From: Acidimicrobiia bacterium
Lineage (GTDB): Bacteria > Actinomycetota > Acidimicrobiia > Spongiisociales > UBA11373
Assembly (NCBI GenBank): GCA_036478235.1
Contig: JAZGDZ010000095.1
Location: 1 to 59,745, forward strand
Length of the DNA: 59,745 nt
Direction: 5' to 3'
The notes beneath the pieces were generated by a model. It searched no databases, had not been told where the DNA came from, and saw only the letters and a program-made list of their open reading frames with translations. The position numbers were made by a program, and so were the translations under genes. This document shows positions 1 through 8,232 of the stretch, one piece after another; within the stretch, counting starts at the first letter, position 1; each line of letters opens with the position of its first letter.

Positions 1-7
1 TCTACAT

Positions 8-80
8 CGCCACTCGCGGTGTCCTCGGCCCCGCCATTCCTGCACGAGGAGTGACGAAACCGAGATCCTCGCGAGTGGCG
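8..80. repeat. Long imperfect hairpin in a composite intergenic repeat
   Basis: CGCCACTCGCG (8-18) and CGCGAGTGGCG (70-80) are perfect inverted repeats with further inner pairing. Confidence 0.6.
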
Positions 81-91
81 CGCCTGGCCGG

Positions 92-170
92 TTTGGCTCC
101 GGCGTTCGGGTCCTGTTCGGCCCCGAAGCGCCTCCGCATGATTGTGCCGCCCTGCGGGCGGCGCTGTGTT
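92..170 (-). repeat. ~78-bp dispersed structured repeat (element Z), copy A
   Basis: Reverse complement aligns over its length with 8085-8162 and 40041-40119. Confidence 0.85.
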
Positions 171-177
171 CCACGAT

Positions 178-209
178 CTGAGCAACGGCATTACTCAGCA
201 GACTCCTAG
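178..209 (-). mobile_element. MITE-like family 2 end overlapping the pfk stop codon
   Basis: Minus strand CTAGGAGTCTGCTGAGTAATGCCGTTGCTCAG is 30/32 identical to 7645-7676. Confidence 0.7.
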
Positions 210-1225
210 CCGAAGAACGTCTGCGCCACCTCGAAGAGCTCGGGGTCGACGGCCCGGAGCCGGCGGCACGCCTCGTCCAGGGGGACGGGCCTGACCTCGG
301 TGCCGCGGAGAGAGACCATCACTCGGCTCTCACCGTCGAGGGCCAGATCGGCCGCAGCCACACCGAGCCGGGTGGCGAGGATCCGGTCGTATGCCGTGGG
401 GGTTCCGCCGCGCTGCAGGTGCCCCAGCACCGTGACCCGAGTCTCGTATCCCGTCAACTCCTCGAGGATGGGGGCGATCTGGAAGGCCACGCCACCGAGC
501 CTGGTGAAGCCGTAGATATCGGTGGGGAGCTGCTGCTCGAAGGGCGGCTTGACACCCTCGGCGATGACGACGATCGAATACTGGCGGCCACCCTCGTGAC
601 GGCGCGTGATGATCTCGGCAACTTCTTCGAGGGCGAGCTGCACCTCGGGGATCAAGATGACGTCGGCACCGGCGGCCATGCCGCCGTGAATGGCGATCCA
701 TCCCTGGCTGCGGCCCATGACCTCGACGAGCATCACCCGGTTGTGGGCTTCGGCGGTCGTCGCGAGCCGGTCGATCGCATCGGTGACGATCTGCACGGCC
801 GTGTCGAATCCGAAGGTCGTGTCGGTGGCGCTGATGTCGTTGTCGATCGTCTTCGGCACCGCCACCACCGGCAGCCCCTCGTCGCACAGGGCGAGCGCCG
901 TGCAGAGTGTTCCGTCGCCGCCCACCACGACCAGGGATTCGACGCCGTGGCGTTCGAGTGCCGGGCGAAGGCTGGCCAGGCCGTCTCCGTGTGTGTAGGG
1001 ATCGCGACGCGAGGTGCCGAGTATTGTGCCGCCCCGACCCAGGATTCCTCGCACGGCGTCCCGATCGAGCGGCATGAACCGGTCCTCCATGAGTCCGTCC
1101 CAGCCGTTGAGGAATCCGAGGACCGTGTTGTCCTCCGAGCGGACCACCCGGGCGGTGACGCCCCGAATGACGGCGTTGAGGCCGGGGCAATCCCCCCCAC
1201 CGGTGAGGATGCCGATCCTGGTCAC
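206..1225 (-). CDS. pfkA: 6-phosphofructokinase, probably ATP-dependent group III
   Basis: TGGGDCPGLNAVIR, GGDGT, PKTIDND, EVMGR and LGHLQRGG motifs; GTG at 1225 overlaps the upstream stop (GTGA). Confidence 0.93.
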   Translation of the reverse strand: MTRIGILTGGGDCPGLNAVIRGVTARVVRSEDNTVLGFLNGWDGLMEDRFMPLDRDAVRGILGRGGTILGTSRRDPYTHGDGLASLRPALERHGVESLVVVGGDGTLCTALALCDEGLPVVAVPKTIDNDISATDTTFGFDTAVQIVTDAIDRLATTAEAHNRVMLVEVMGRSQGWIAIHGGMAAGADVILIPEVQLALEEVAEIITRRHEGGRQYSIVVIAEGVKPPFEQQLPTDIYGFTRLGGVAFQIAPILEELTGYETRVTVLGHLQRGGTPTAYDRILATRLGVAAADLALDGESRVMVSLRGTEVRPVPLDEACRRLRAVDPELFEVAQTFFG

Positions 1226-2130
1226 GTCCCGGCCGAGGTGTAGACGTCGATGAAGCGCCTGAAGTTGGCCGCGATCTGATCGGCGGCGTCGTCGTCGGAC
1301 AAGGCACCGTTCTTCCATTCCGAGACCGCGTCCCACCAGATCGACCGTCCGATGGCGAATCCGGCATAGCCGTGGACGGGAGCGCCGGATCGCAGCCAGT
1401 GATCGACCTTGGCGTCGTCGGCGCCCCTTCCCAGCACGACCGATCGCACCGCGGTGCGGCCGCCTGCCATTGTGAGCGCCGCCAGCAATTTGCAGTCGGC
1501 GCGTTCATCGACGCCTTCTATCTTCCAGATGTCCGGTTCGATTCCCATTGCGCGCAGCTCAGCGATCGTCTCGAGCATCAGCATGGGCCGCATCCTGGAG
1601 TCGAAGGCGCCTGCGTCGCCCCCGACCAGCTCCAGTTGGCTCTCCGAGGCGGGGACGAGCAGCTCGAACAGGAACTTCCGATCGTGCCCGTGCAGCCAAT
1701 CCGAGAGGAGGTTGAGCCGGCCGCCCTGCTCCTCTTTGAGCCCCGGGTCGTCGGCGGGATTCCATCGCACCAGAACCTTGGCGAACGTCGGATCGAACTC
1801 CTCGATGTGGGCTCCGAAGTCGTCGCCGTATTCGAAGTCGAACGCGCGCTGGCCGGAGCGCTCCACGGGAAGGGCGAACGGAATTCCGAGATCGGATGCC
1901 TCACGGGCCACTCCCGCTCCCATCTCCTCATCGACGAGGATCCCGGCCCCCTCCGGCAGCCCCAAAACGTGCGCCTTCTGGAATCCCTGCCATACGACCC
2001 GCTTCGAGGCGTCGAGCCGCTTGCGTTCGTCCTCGTCGGGCTCAGCGGTGACACCAAACATCTTGCTCTTGAAGCTGCCTCGGTGGTCGAATGCAAGGAT
2101 GAAGAGACTGCCGTCGTAACCGAGATCCAT
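1222..2130 (-). CDS. Stand-alone DUF2090 / IolC C-terminal-like class I aldolase-fold protein
   Basis: LAFDHRGSF, AKVLVRWNP, FLFELLVP, PDIWKIEG (candidate Schiff-base Lys), VLGRG and GFAIGRSIW; ATG 2130 with GGAG upstream. Confidence 0.8.
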   Translation of the reverse strand: MDLGYDGSLFILAFDHRGSFKSKMFGVTAEPDEDERKRLDASKRVVWQGFQKAHVLGLPEGAGILVDEEMGAGVAREASDLGIPFALPVERSGQRAFDFEYGDDFGAHIEEFDPTFAKVLVRWNPADDPGLKEEQGGRLNLLSDWLHGHDRKFLFELLVPASESQLELVGGDAGAFDSRMRPMLMLETIAELRAMGIEPDIWKIEGVDERADCKLLAALTMAGGRTAVRSVVLGRGADDAKVDHWLRSGAPVHGYAGFAIGRSIWWDAVSEWKNGALSDDDAADQIAANFRRFIDVYTSAGT

Positions 2131-2161
2131 TGGGTCTCCCTGTGTCGTTGCCGTGCCCGCG

Positions 2162-2167
2162 ATTCTA
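2162..2167 (-). promoter_or_regulatory. Putative -10 box for the aldolase-pfk operon
   Basis: TAGAAT on the minus strand about 30 nt upstream of ATG 2130. Confidence 0.45.
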
Positions 2168-2260
2168 CGAAGGTGCAGCATGGCGGAGCCCGCCGAGGGG
2201 GCGGGGAGCAACCTGGTATCGTCGACTGACACCCCTGTAATTCGCTTGGAGCCCGTTCGA

Positions 2261-5200
2261 GTGTCAGACCGCAGCAGCAGCTTCGCCCACCTGCACCTCC
2301 ATACGGAATACTCGATGCTCGACGGAGGGGCACGAGTCGGCGATGTCATCGAGGCGGTCGCGGCCGACGGCCAACCGGGGGTGGGCCTGACCGACCATGG
2401 AGTGCTGTACGGGGCCGTCGATTTCTACCAGCAGGCGACCGCGGCGGGGATAACACCCGTGATCGGCATGGAGGGCTACCTCACACCGGGCTCTCGCTTC
2501 GACCGCACGGCCCGGCGCGACGACGTGCGCTACCACATCACGCTCCTGGCGGTTTCGCAGCAGGGCTATCGAAACCTGCTCAAGCTGTCGAGCCGGGCCT
2601 ACCTCGAGGGCTACTACTACAAGCCCCGGATGGATCGCGAGTTGCTGGAGGAGTACGCCGCAGGGCTGGTGGCGACGACCGGATGCCTCGGAGGCCACGT
2701 GCCACAGCTTCTCGCTCCCGACGCTTCGAGTGAGGAAGGGAATGCAACCGGTTCGCGTGACTTCGACGCCGCCGTCGCAGCCGCTGCGATGTACCAGGAG
2801 ATTTTCGGCAAGGAGAACTTCTTCGTCGAGGTGATGGATCACGGGGTCGACGCCCAGCGAAGGGTGTTGCCGGACCTGCTCGAAATCTCCAATCGGATCG
2901 GCGCGCCGTTGTTGGCGACCAACGACTGCCATTACACGACGGCCGCGGAGGCGGAGGCTCACGACGCGCTGCTCTGCATCCAGACGGGGTCCGAGATGGC
3001 CGATGAGAAGCGGTTCAAGTTCCAGGGCTCGGGTTACTACGTGAAGACCGCCCGCGAGATGAGATCTCTCTTCCCGGCCGACGAGTTCCCGGGGGCCTGT
3101 GACAACACCCTGCTCGTCGCCGAGCGTGCTGATGTCAAGATGGAGTTCGGGAGAATCCTGCTGCCCCATTTCCCGGTGCCCGACGATGAGACGGAGGCCT
3201 CCCACCTGCGTGCCCTGGTGATCGAGGGAGCCCGATTCCGCTACGGCGATCCGATTCCAGTGGACGTCACCGAACGCGTCGATCACGAGCTCGACGTCAT
3301 CGAGGAGATGGGGTTCCCCGCCTACTTTCTCATCGTGTGGGACCTCATCCGCTACGCAAGAGATCACGGGATCAGGGTGGGTCCCGCCCGGGGGTCGGCC
3401 GGTGGCTCGATCGTCTCCTACTGCCTGCGCATAACCGACATCGATCCTCTGGCCTACGGACTCATCTTTGAGCGATTCCTCAATCCGGGCCGCCGCGAGA
3501 TGCCGGACATCGACATGGACTTCGATGAGCGCTATCGGGGTGACGTGATCAGATATGCCGCCGAGCGATACGGCTCGGACCACGTCGCTCAGATCATCAC
3601 GTTCTCGACCATCAAGGGACGCCAGGCGATCCGCGACAGCGCCCGAGTTCTTGGTTTTCCCTACGGCCTCGGCGATCGGATCGCCAAATCGATGCCCCCT
3701 CCGATCTTGGGGAGGGAGGCGACCCTCGAGCAGGCCCTGACACCGCCGGGAGGGGAGGCGGACCAGGTCGAGCGGGATCACTACACGGCGGCCGCCGGTC
3801 TGCGCGAGCTCTATGCATCCGATCCCGAGGCAAGGCGTGTCATCGAAACGGCAAGGGGCCTCGAGGGCCTCCGCCGCCAGGACTCGATCCATGCCGCGGC
3901 CGTCGTGATCTCGCCCAACCCGCTGACCGACATCGTGCCCATTCAGCAGAAGGGAGACGGCAGGGAGATCGTGACCCAGTTCGAGATGCACGCCATCGAG
4001 CGTCTCGGCCTCCTCAAGATGGACATCCTCGGCCTGCGCAACCTGTCGACGATCGAGAGGGCGCTGGATCTGATCGAGGAAGCCGGCGGGAGTCGTCCGG
4101 ACATCGACGCCGTACCGCTCGATGACGAGGCCGTGTATGCGATGTTGTCGCGGGGCGAGTCGATGGGCGTCTTCCAGTTGGAGGGCTCGGGGATGCGCGC
4201 TCTGATGCGCAACCTCCATCCCGACCGGTTTGACGATCTGATCGCCCTCATCTCGCTGTACCGCCCCGGTCCGCTGGGTGCCGGAACCCACAACCTGTAC
4301 GCGGAACGCAAGAACGCGCTGGTGCCGGTCGAGTTCCCCCACCCCGACCTCGAGCCGGTTCTGAAGGACAGCTACGGGATCATGGTCTATCAGGAACAGG
4401 TCATGCAGGTTGCCCAGGTGATGGCCGGCTTCTCGATGGTCGAGGCCGACCTGCTGCGAAAGGCGATGGGCAAGAAGATCCCATCGGTGATGGCCGAGCA
4501 AGAGGAACTGTTCGTCGGGGGCTGTATTCGCCAGGGGCATCCCCGGGAGCTGGGGAAGCAGCTCTTCGACCTCATATCGCACTTCGCCGGGTACGGGTTC
4601 AACAAGTCCCACGCCGCCGGGTACGCCCTGGTCGCATACCAAACGGCCTGGCTCAAGGCGCATTATCCACCCGAGTACATGGCCGCCCTGTTGACATCGT
4701 CGAAAAGCAACAAAGATCGCACGGCTCTCTACCTCAACGAGTGCCGGGCCCTGGGGGTGAAGGTCATCGTGCCGGACGTCAACTCGTCCGACTCCGATTT
4801 CATCGCCAGCGACGGGACCATCCCGTTCGGCTTGTCCGCCATTCGCAACGTCGGAGAGGGCGTTGTGGAGTTGATCACCACAGAACGCGACAAGAACGGT
4901 GCGTACGAGTCGTTCCAGGATTTCCTGGATCGCGTGGACATGGCCGCGCTGAACAAGCGAACGATCGAATCGCTCATCAAGGCGGGCGCGTTCGACACGA
5001 CGGGAGCGCCCCGCAAGGGTCTGATGGCGGTCCACGACCAGATGCTGGAGGCGGTTCTCGCCCGCCGTCGGGCTGAGGACATGGGGCAGTACTCGTTGTT
5101 CGGATCGGATGAGCCTTCGGTTCGTTCCGGCGTCGTCGAGATCCCCGAGATCGAGTGGGATCAGCGTACGAAGCTCGCATTCGAGAAGGAGATGCTGGGC

Positions 5201-5779
5201 CTGTACGTGTCCGATCACCCGCTGCTCGCAGTCGCCGCATCGCTGCGCTCCCTCGTGTCGACCGCCATTCCCGGCCTCCACGAGGAGTCGGATAAAGCGA
5301 TCGTGACCGTGGGCGGGCTGGTCGGGTCGGTATCGCGCCGGTACACCAAGAAAGGCGAGACCATGCTCTTCTTCCAACTCGAGGACCTCGAGGGATCGGT
5401 CGAAGTGGTGGCGTTCCCCCGCACGGTGCTCGAGGCGGGCCCGCTGGTGCGCGACGACGCCGTGTTGGTCGTGTCGGGCAGGGTCGACCAGCGAGGCGAC
5501 GATACGAAGCTGATCGCCCAGCGGATAACCGAACCGGATCTCAGCCCGGAGAGGTCCGTTCGGCTGCGGGTGCTGGCCGTTCGGATGTCACAGGAACTCG
5601 TCGCCGAGCTGAAGGAAGTCCTCGCCAATCATCCGGGGAGCACGCCGGTGTTCGTGCATCTCAGCGGCGACGGAGCAGACACCGTCGTACGGCTCGGCGC
5701 CGAGCACACGGTCGAGCCGCGGACGGCGCTCTACGCCGAGCTTCGGGAACTGCTTGGGGCCGGCTCGGTTCTCAGCTGA
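2261..5779 (+). CDS. dnaE: DNA polymerase III alpha subunit
   Basis: PHP motif HLHLHTEYSMLDG, RGSAGGS, MPDIDMDF, YGFNKSHA, C-terminal OB fold; GTG 2261 with GGAG upstream. Confidence 0.97.
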   Translation: MSDRSSSFAHLHLHTEYSMLDGGARVGDVIEAVAADGQPGVGLTDHGVLYGAVDFYQQATAAGITPVIGMEGYLTPGSRFDRTARRDDVRYHITLLAVSQQGYRNLLKLSSRAYLEGYYYKPRMDRELLEEYAAGLVATTGCLGGHVPQLLAPDASSEEGNATGSRDFDAAVAAAAMYQEIFGKENFFVEVMDHGVDAQRRVLPDLLEISNRIGAPLLATNDCHYTTAAEAEAHDALLCIQTGSEMADEKRFKFQGSGYYVKTAREMRSLFPADEFPGACDNTLLVAERADVKMEFGRILLPHFPVPDDETEASHLRALVIEGARFRYGDPIPVDVTERVDHELDVIEEMGFPAYFLIVWDLIRYARDHGIRVGPARGSAGGSIVSYCLRITDIDPLAYGLIFERFLNPGRREMPDIDMDFDERYRGDVIRYAAERYGSDHVAQIITFSTIKGRQAIRDSARVLGFPYGLGDRIAKSMPPPILGREATLEQALTPPGGEADQVERDHYTAAAGLRELYASDPEARRVIETARGLEGLRRQDSIHAAAVVISPNPLTDIVPIQQKGDGREIVTQFEMHAIERLGLLKMDILGLRNLSTIERALDLIEEAGGSRPDIDAVPLDDEAVYAMLSRGESMGVFQLEGSGMRALMRNLHPDRFDDLIALISLYRPGPLGAGTHNLYAERKNALVPVEFPHPDLEPVLKDSYGIMVYQEQVMQVAQVMAGFSMVEADLLRKAMGKKIPSVMAEQEELFVGGCIRQGHPRELGKQLFDLISHFAGYGFNKSHAAGYALVAYQTAWLKAHYPPEYMAALLTSSKSNKDRTALYLNECRALGVKVIVPDVNSSDSDFIASDGTIPFGLSAIRNVGEGVVELITTERDKNGAYESFQDFLDRVDMAALNKRTIESLIKAGAFDTTGAPRKGLMAVHDQMLEAVLARRRAEDMGQYSLFGSDEPSVRSGVVEIPEIEWDQRTKLAFEKEMLGLYVSDHPLLAVAASLRSLVSTAIPGLHEESDKAIVTVGGLVGSVSRRYTKKGETMLFFQLEDLEGSVEVVAFPRTVLEAGPLVRDDAVLVVSGRVDQRGDDTKLIAQRITEPDLSPERSVRLRVLAVRMSQELVAELKEVLANHPGSTPVFVHLSGDGADTVVRLGAEHTVEPRTALYAELRELLGAGSVLS

Positions 5780-6776
5780 GTATCTGATCGAGGGCGGGCG
5801 CCGGGACCAGGGAGGCGAGCTCGGGGATCGAAGTAGGGGCGGGAGTCACCAACGGAATCGCCCAAGGCGAGAAGGCGGTGTCCGCGAGTGAGGCCAGGAC
5901 CTGCTGCTGGCGGCGTGCCTCGCCACCCCACCGGGCCAGGTTCCTCGCGTACGGATCGCCGCCGGCGTCTCCCAGGCTCGCCCACTCGGCGGGAACGGTT
6001 CGGTTGACGAGGACGGTCTTGGCTGTTCCCGGCCCATGGCTCAACAGCCTGCGGGCCTGGGCCATCGGCCCGGGGTCGGCGGTGGTCGCAACGACCGTGT
6101 GAGCGGCACCAAAGAGCGCCTCGACGTCGCCGGTGCGCGCTCTAATGCCGTCGTAGGTGGTGCGCAGGTCGATCAGGAACTCGCCGATGTCTTCGAGCAG
6201 GGGTCCGCCCAGCAGTCGATCCGCCAGGCGCAGCACGGGCCGGGCGGTGAGGGAGTAGAGCACTCGGCGTCCTGGGATCGCCGGGCCGGTGAGCACCCGC
6301 AAGGCGCGGCCTGCAACCAGCGACCTGATTCGCGACGGAGCCTCGAAGAAGTCGGCGGCGCCGCCGACCGGAGGGGTGTCCACCACGATGAACTCGTATT
6401 GTCCGGACTCGGCCAGGTGGGCGGTCTCTTCGGCTGCCGCATAGGCCTGGCCCGCCGGAAAACGGTCGGCGATCGCCCGGAAGAAGCGATTGGCGACCAG
6501 CCGCTCCGCGGTGTCGCCGTCGGTGTGGCGTCGAACCAGGGCCTCCCACGACGCTGTCGCGTCCAGCATTGCGGCCTCCAGCGCAGGGAGGCCCGGCACC
6601 GGGGATGGTTCGTTGGTGAGCACGCTCAGCCCGAGAGCCTGAGCGAGTCGGCGGGCGGGATCGACCGTGACGACCAGGGTCGATGTCCCGACTACGGCAG
6701 CGCCGGACGCGACGGCTCCGGCGATCGTGGTCTTTCCGACACCCCCGGCACCCGTAACAAAGATGACCTTCGTCAT
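5772..6776 (-). CDS. ArsA/Get3-family ATPase, Rv3680/BagB-like
   Basis: GAGGVGKT Walker A, VTVDPARRLAQALG, IVVDTPP. Confidence 0.85.
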   Translation of the reverse strand: MTKVIFVTGAGGVGKTTIAGAVASGAAVVGTSTLVVTVDPARRLAQALGLSVLTNEPSPVPGLPALEAAMLDATASWEALVRRHTDGDTAERLVANRFFRAIADRFPAGQAYAAAEETAHLAESGQYEFIVVDTPPVGGAADFFEAPSRIRSLVAGRALRVLTGPAIPGRRVLYSLTARPVLRLADRLLGGPLLEDIGEFLIDLRTTYDGIRARTGDVEALFGAAHTVVATTADPGPMAQARRLLSHGPGTAKTVLVNRTVPAEWASLGDAGGDPYARNLARWGGEARRQQQVLASLADTAFSPWAIPLVTPAPTSIPELASLVPAPALDQILS

Positions 6777-7612
6777 CGGACCGGAACGAGGTCGGCCAGC
6801 GCGGCGGCGATTTCGGCGGGGCTGCTAAGCCCGAAGAGGAGGGGGAGGTGCACGGCGGCCCGTGCCGCCGAGAGCAGTGGCTGTTGTTCACTCCGCAGCC
6901 CCAGATGCAACCTGGCGGCGGCACCCGACTCGAAATCCTCGGGCGGGGGCGAAGAGAATCCCGGATCCTCCAGGACTCGGTTGGCGATGAGCACCCGCGA
7001 CCGGGTGAGGCCGAGGTCGTCGGCGGTCGCCGCAACGCCCCCGGCCTCGGACAGGGCCAGTTCGTCCGGGGTGGCCACGGTGACGATCTCCGTCTGGTCT
7101 TCGTCCTGCAAGACCGTCCGCAGCCGGGCTGCCTCATCGTGGACGGTGCCGCTGGGGACCAGGGACTCGATCACCGAAGGAGCACGCAACGTCGAGTCGA
7201 TCTGGCCTGCCGGGGGGGCGTCGACCACCACCGCGTCCCAGACTCCCTCCGTCGCCTCGAAGACGACCTTGCCGAGCAGCACGATGTCCCGGATTCCCGG
7301 CACCGCATGCGCCAGCACCCGAAAGACACGAGACGCCAAACGAAGCGGATTGGCTCCAATACGCCGGCGCACGTACTCGTCCAAGGCAGCGTCGGGAACC
7401 ACCTCGCTGCCCCGGACCCCTTCGGCGGCAGTTCTGGGGACGGCGGTCAACTCGGCAGCGCCGAGGTGAGCGGCGAGCCCTGGGCCGGCTCCCAGGGCGA
7501 GTGCCAGCACCCGTTCCCCTCTGCGAGCCCGGGCCCGGGCCAGTGCGGCGGTGACGGCGCTACGTCCGACTCCCCCTTTGCCGGTCACGATGAGCAGACG
7601 GCGGTCGAGCAC
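6773..7612 (-). CDS. ArsA/Get3-family ATPase-like protein, Rv3679/BagA-like
   Basis: VTGKGGVGRS, PGIRDIVLLGK, VVVDAPPAG; ATGA overlap with the downstream paralog. Confidence 0.82.
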   Translation of the reverse strand: MLDRRLLIVTGKGGVGRSAVTAALARARARRGERVLALALGAGPGLAAHLGAAELTAVPRTAAEGVRGSEVVPDAALDEYVRRRIGANPLRLASRVFRVLAHAVPGIRDIVLLGKVVFEATEGVWDAVVVDAPPAGQIDSTLRAPSVIESLVPSGTVHDEAARLRTVLQDEDQTEIVTVATPDELALSEAGGVAATADDLGLTRSRVLIANRVLEDPGFSSPPPEDFESGAAARLHLGLRSEQQPLLSAARAAVHLPLLFGLSSPAEIAAALADLVPVR

Positions 7613-7644
7613 CGGGCCGGAGCGTAGCCAGGCTCATCCGCGGC

Positions 7645-7687
7645 CTGGGAGTCTGCTGAGTGATGCCGTTGCTCAGCGGGCTCCTAG
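7645..7687. mobile_element. 43-bp minimal MITE-like family 2 element
   Basis: 16-bp imperfect terminal inverted repeats CTGGGAGTCTGCTGAG / CTCAGCGGGCTCCTAG (13/16); related copies at 178-209, 10311-10351 and 36574-36712. Confidence 0.7.
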
Positions 7688-7716
7688 CCTGTTGACCGAT
7701 CCGATCCGGAGGACCC

Positions 7717-7941
7717 ATGGCAGCTTTCGATGTGGACGGCCTGCTGGAGCGGTTTGCCCGGCGCGCCAAGGCAGTCAAGGAGCGGGGCATTCCTCCCTTG
7801 GAGGGGGATGCGAGGAGGGCATACCTGACGGCGGCCCAAGAAGACTTCACCGACTACTCGCTCATAGCCGATGCCTCCTGGGAGCTCGAGGAGACGGCGC
7901 TGATACTGCGGATACCGCTCGGGACCGACCCCAAGCCTTGA
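7717..7941 (+). CDS. Small hypothetical protein (74 aa)
   Basis: GGAGG RBS, ATG start, protein-like composition, fills the intergenic gap. Confidence 0.75.
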   Translation: MAAFDVDGLLERFARRAKAVKERGIPPLEGDARRAYLTAAQEDFTDYSLIADASWELEETALILRIPLGTDPKP

Positions 7942-8232
7942 GAGTTCGCGCCTACGGCGCGCCCTCTGTATTTTTGGCTCTTCGCCCTACGGCTCATCGC
8001 GGTGCGACCTGGGTCCCTTCCCAGGTCGCCGAGTCCGCGCCCATGGGCGCGGACTCTATGTTGATGGCTCTTCGGCTGACGTAAAACGCAGCGCCGCCCG
8101 CAGGGCGGCACCGCCATGCGGAGACGTTCGAGGCCAAGTAGGACCCGAACGCCGAAGCCAAATCCTCATCGCGGTGCGACCTGGGATCCTTCCCAGGTGG
8201 CAGAATAAAGTCCGCGCCTATCGGCCCGGACG
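7942..8232. repeat. BIME-like mosaic of palindromic units, X-Y-X-[Z]-Y-X
   Basis: Unit X at 7942-7984, 8031-8074 (perfect 26-bp palindrome 8031-8056) and 8208-8232; unit Y at 7993-8029 and 8165-8201. Confidence 0.8.
8085..8162 (+). repeat. Element Z, copy B
   Basis: AACGCAGCGCCGCCCGCAGGGCGGCAC...AGGACCCGAACGCCGAAGCCAAA matches copies A and C. Confidence 0.85.

Noticed and set aside
30-70. Hammerhead-like look of GTGACGAAAC, and of CTGACG at 8076
   Set aside because: The CUGAnGA and GAAA core with three stems cannot be assembled
2264-5377. 1037-aa antisense ORF, and similar long shadow ORFs (30730-32637, 32379-34718, 37870-40068)
   Set aside because: They lie opposite well-supported genes, have no recognisable motifs, and are expected from high-GC codon bias
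2261-5779. Possible intein in dnaE
   Set aside because: Length and motif order are normal and no intein signature was seen
7942-8232. CRISPR array interpretation of the mosaic or the heptamer arrays
   Set aside because: No constant repeat with unique spacers of regular length, and no cas genes
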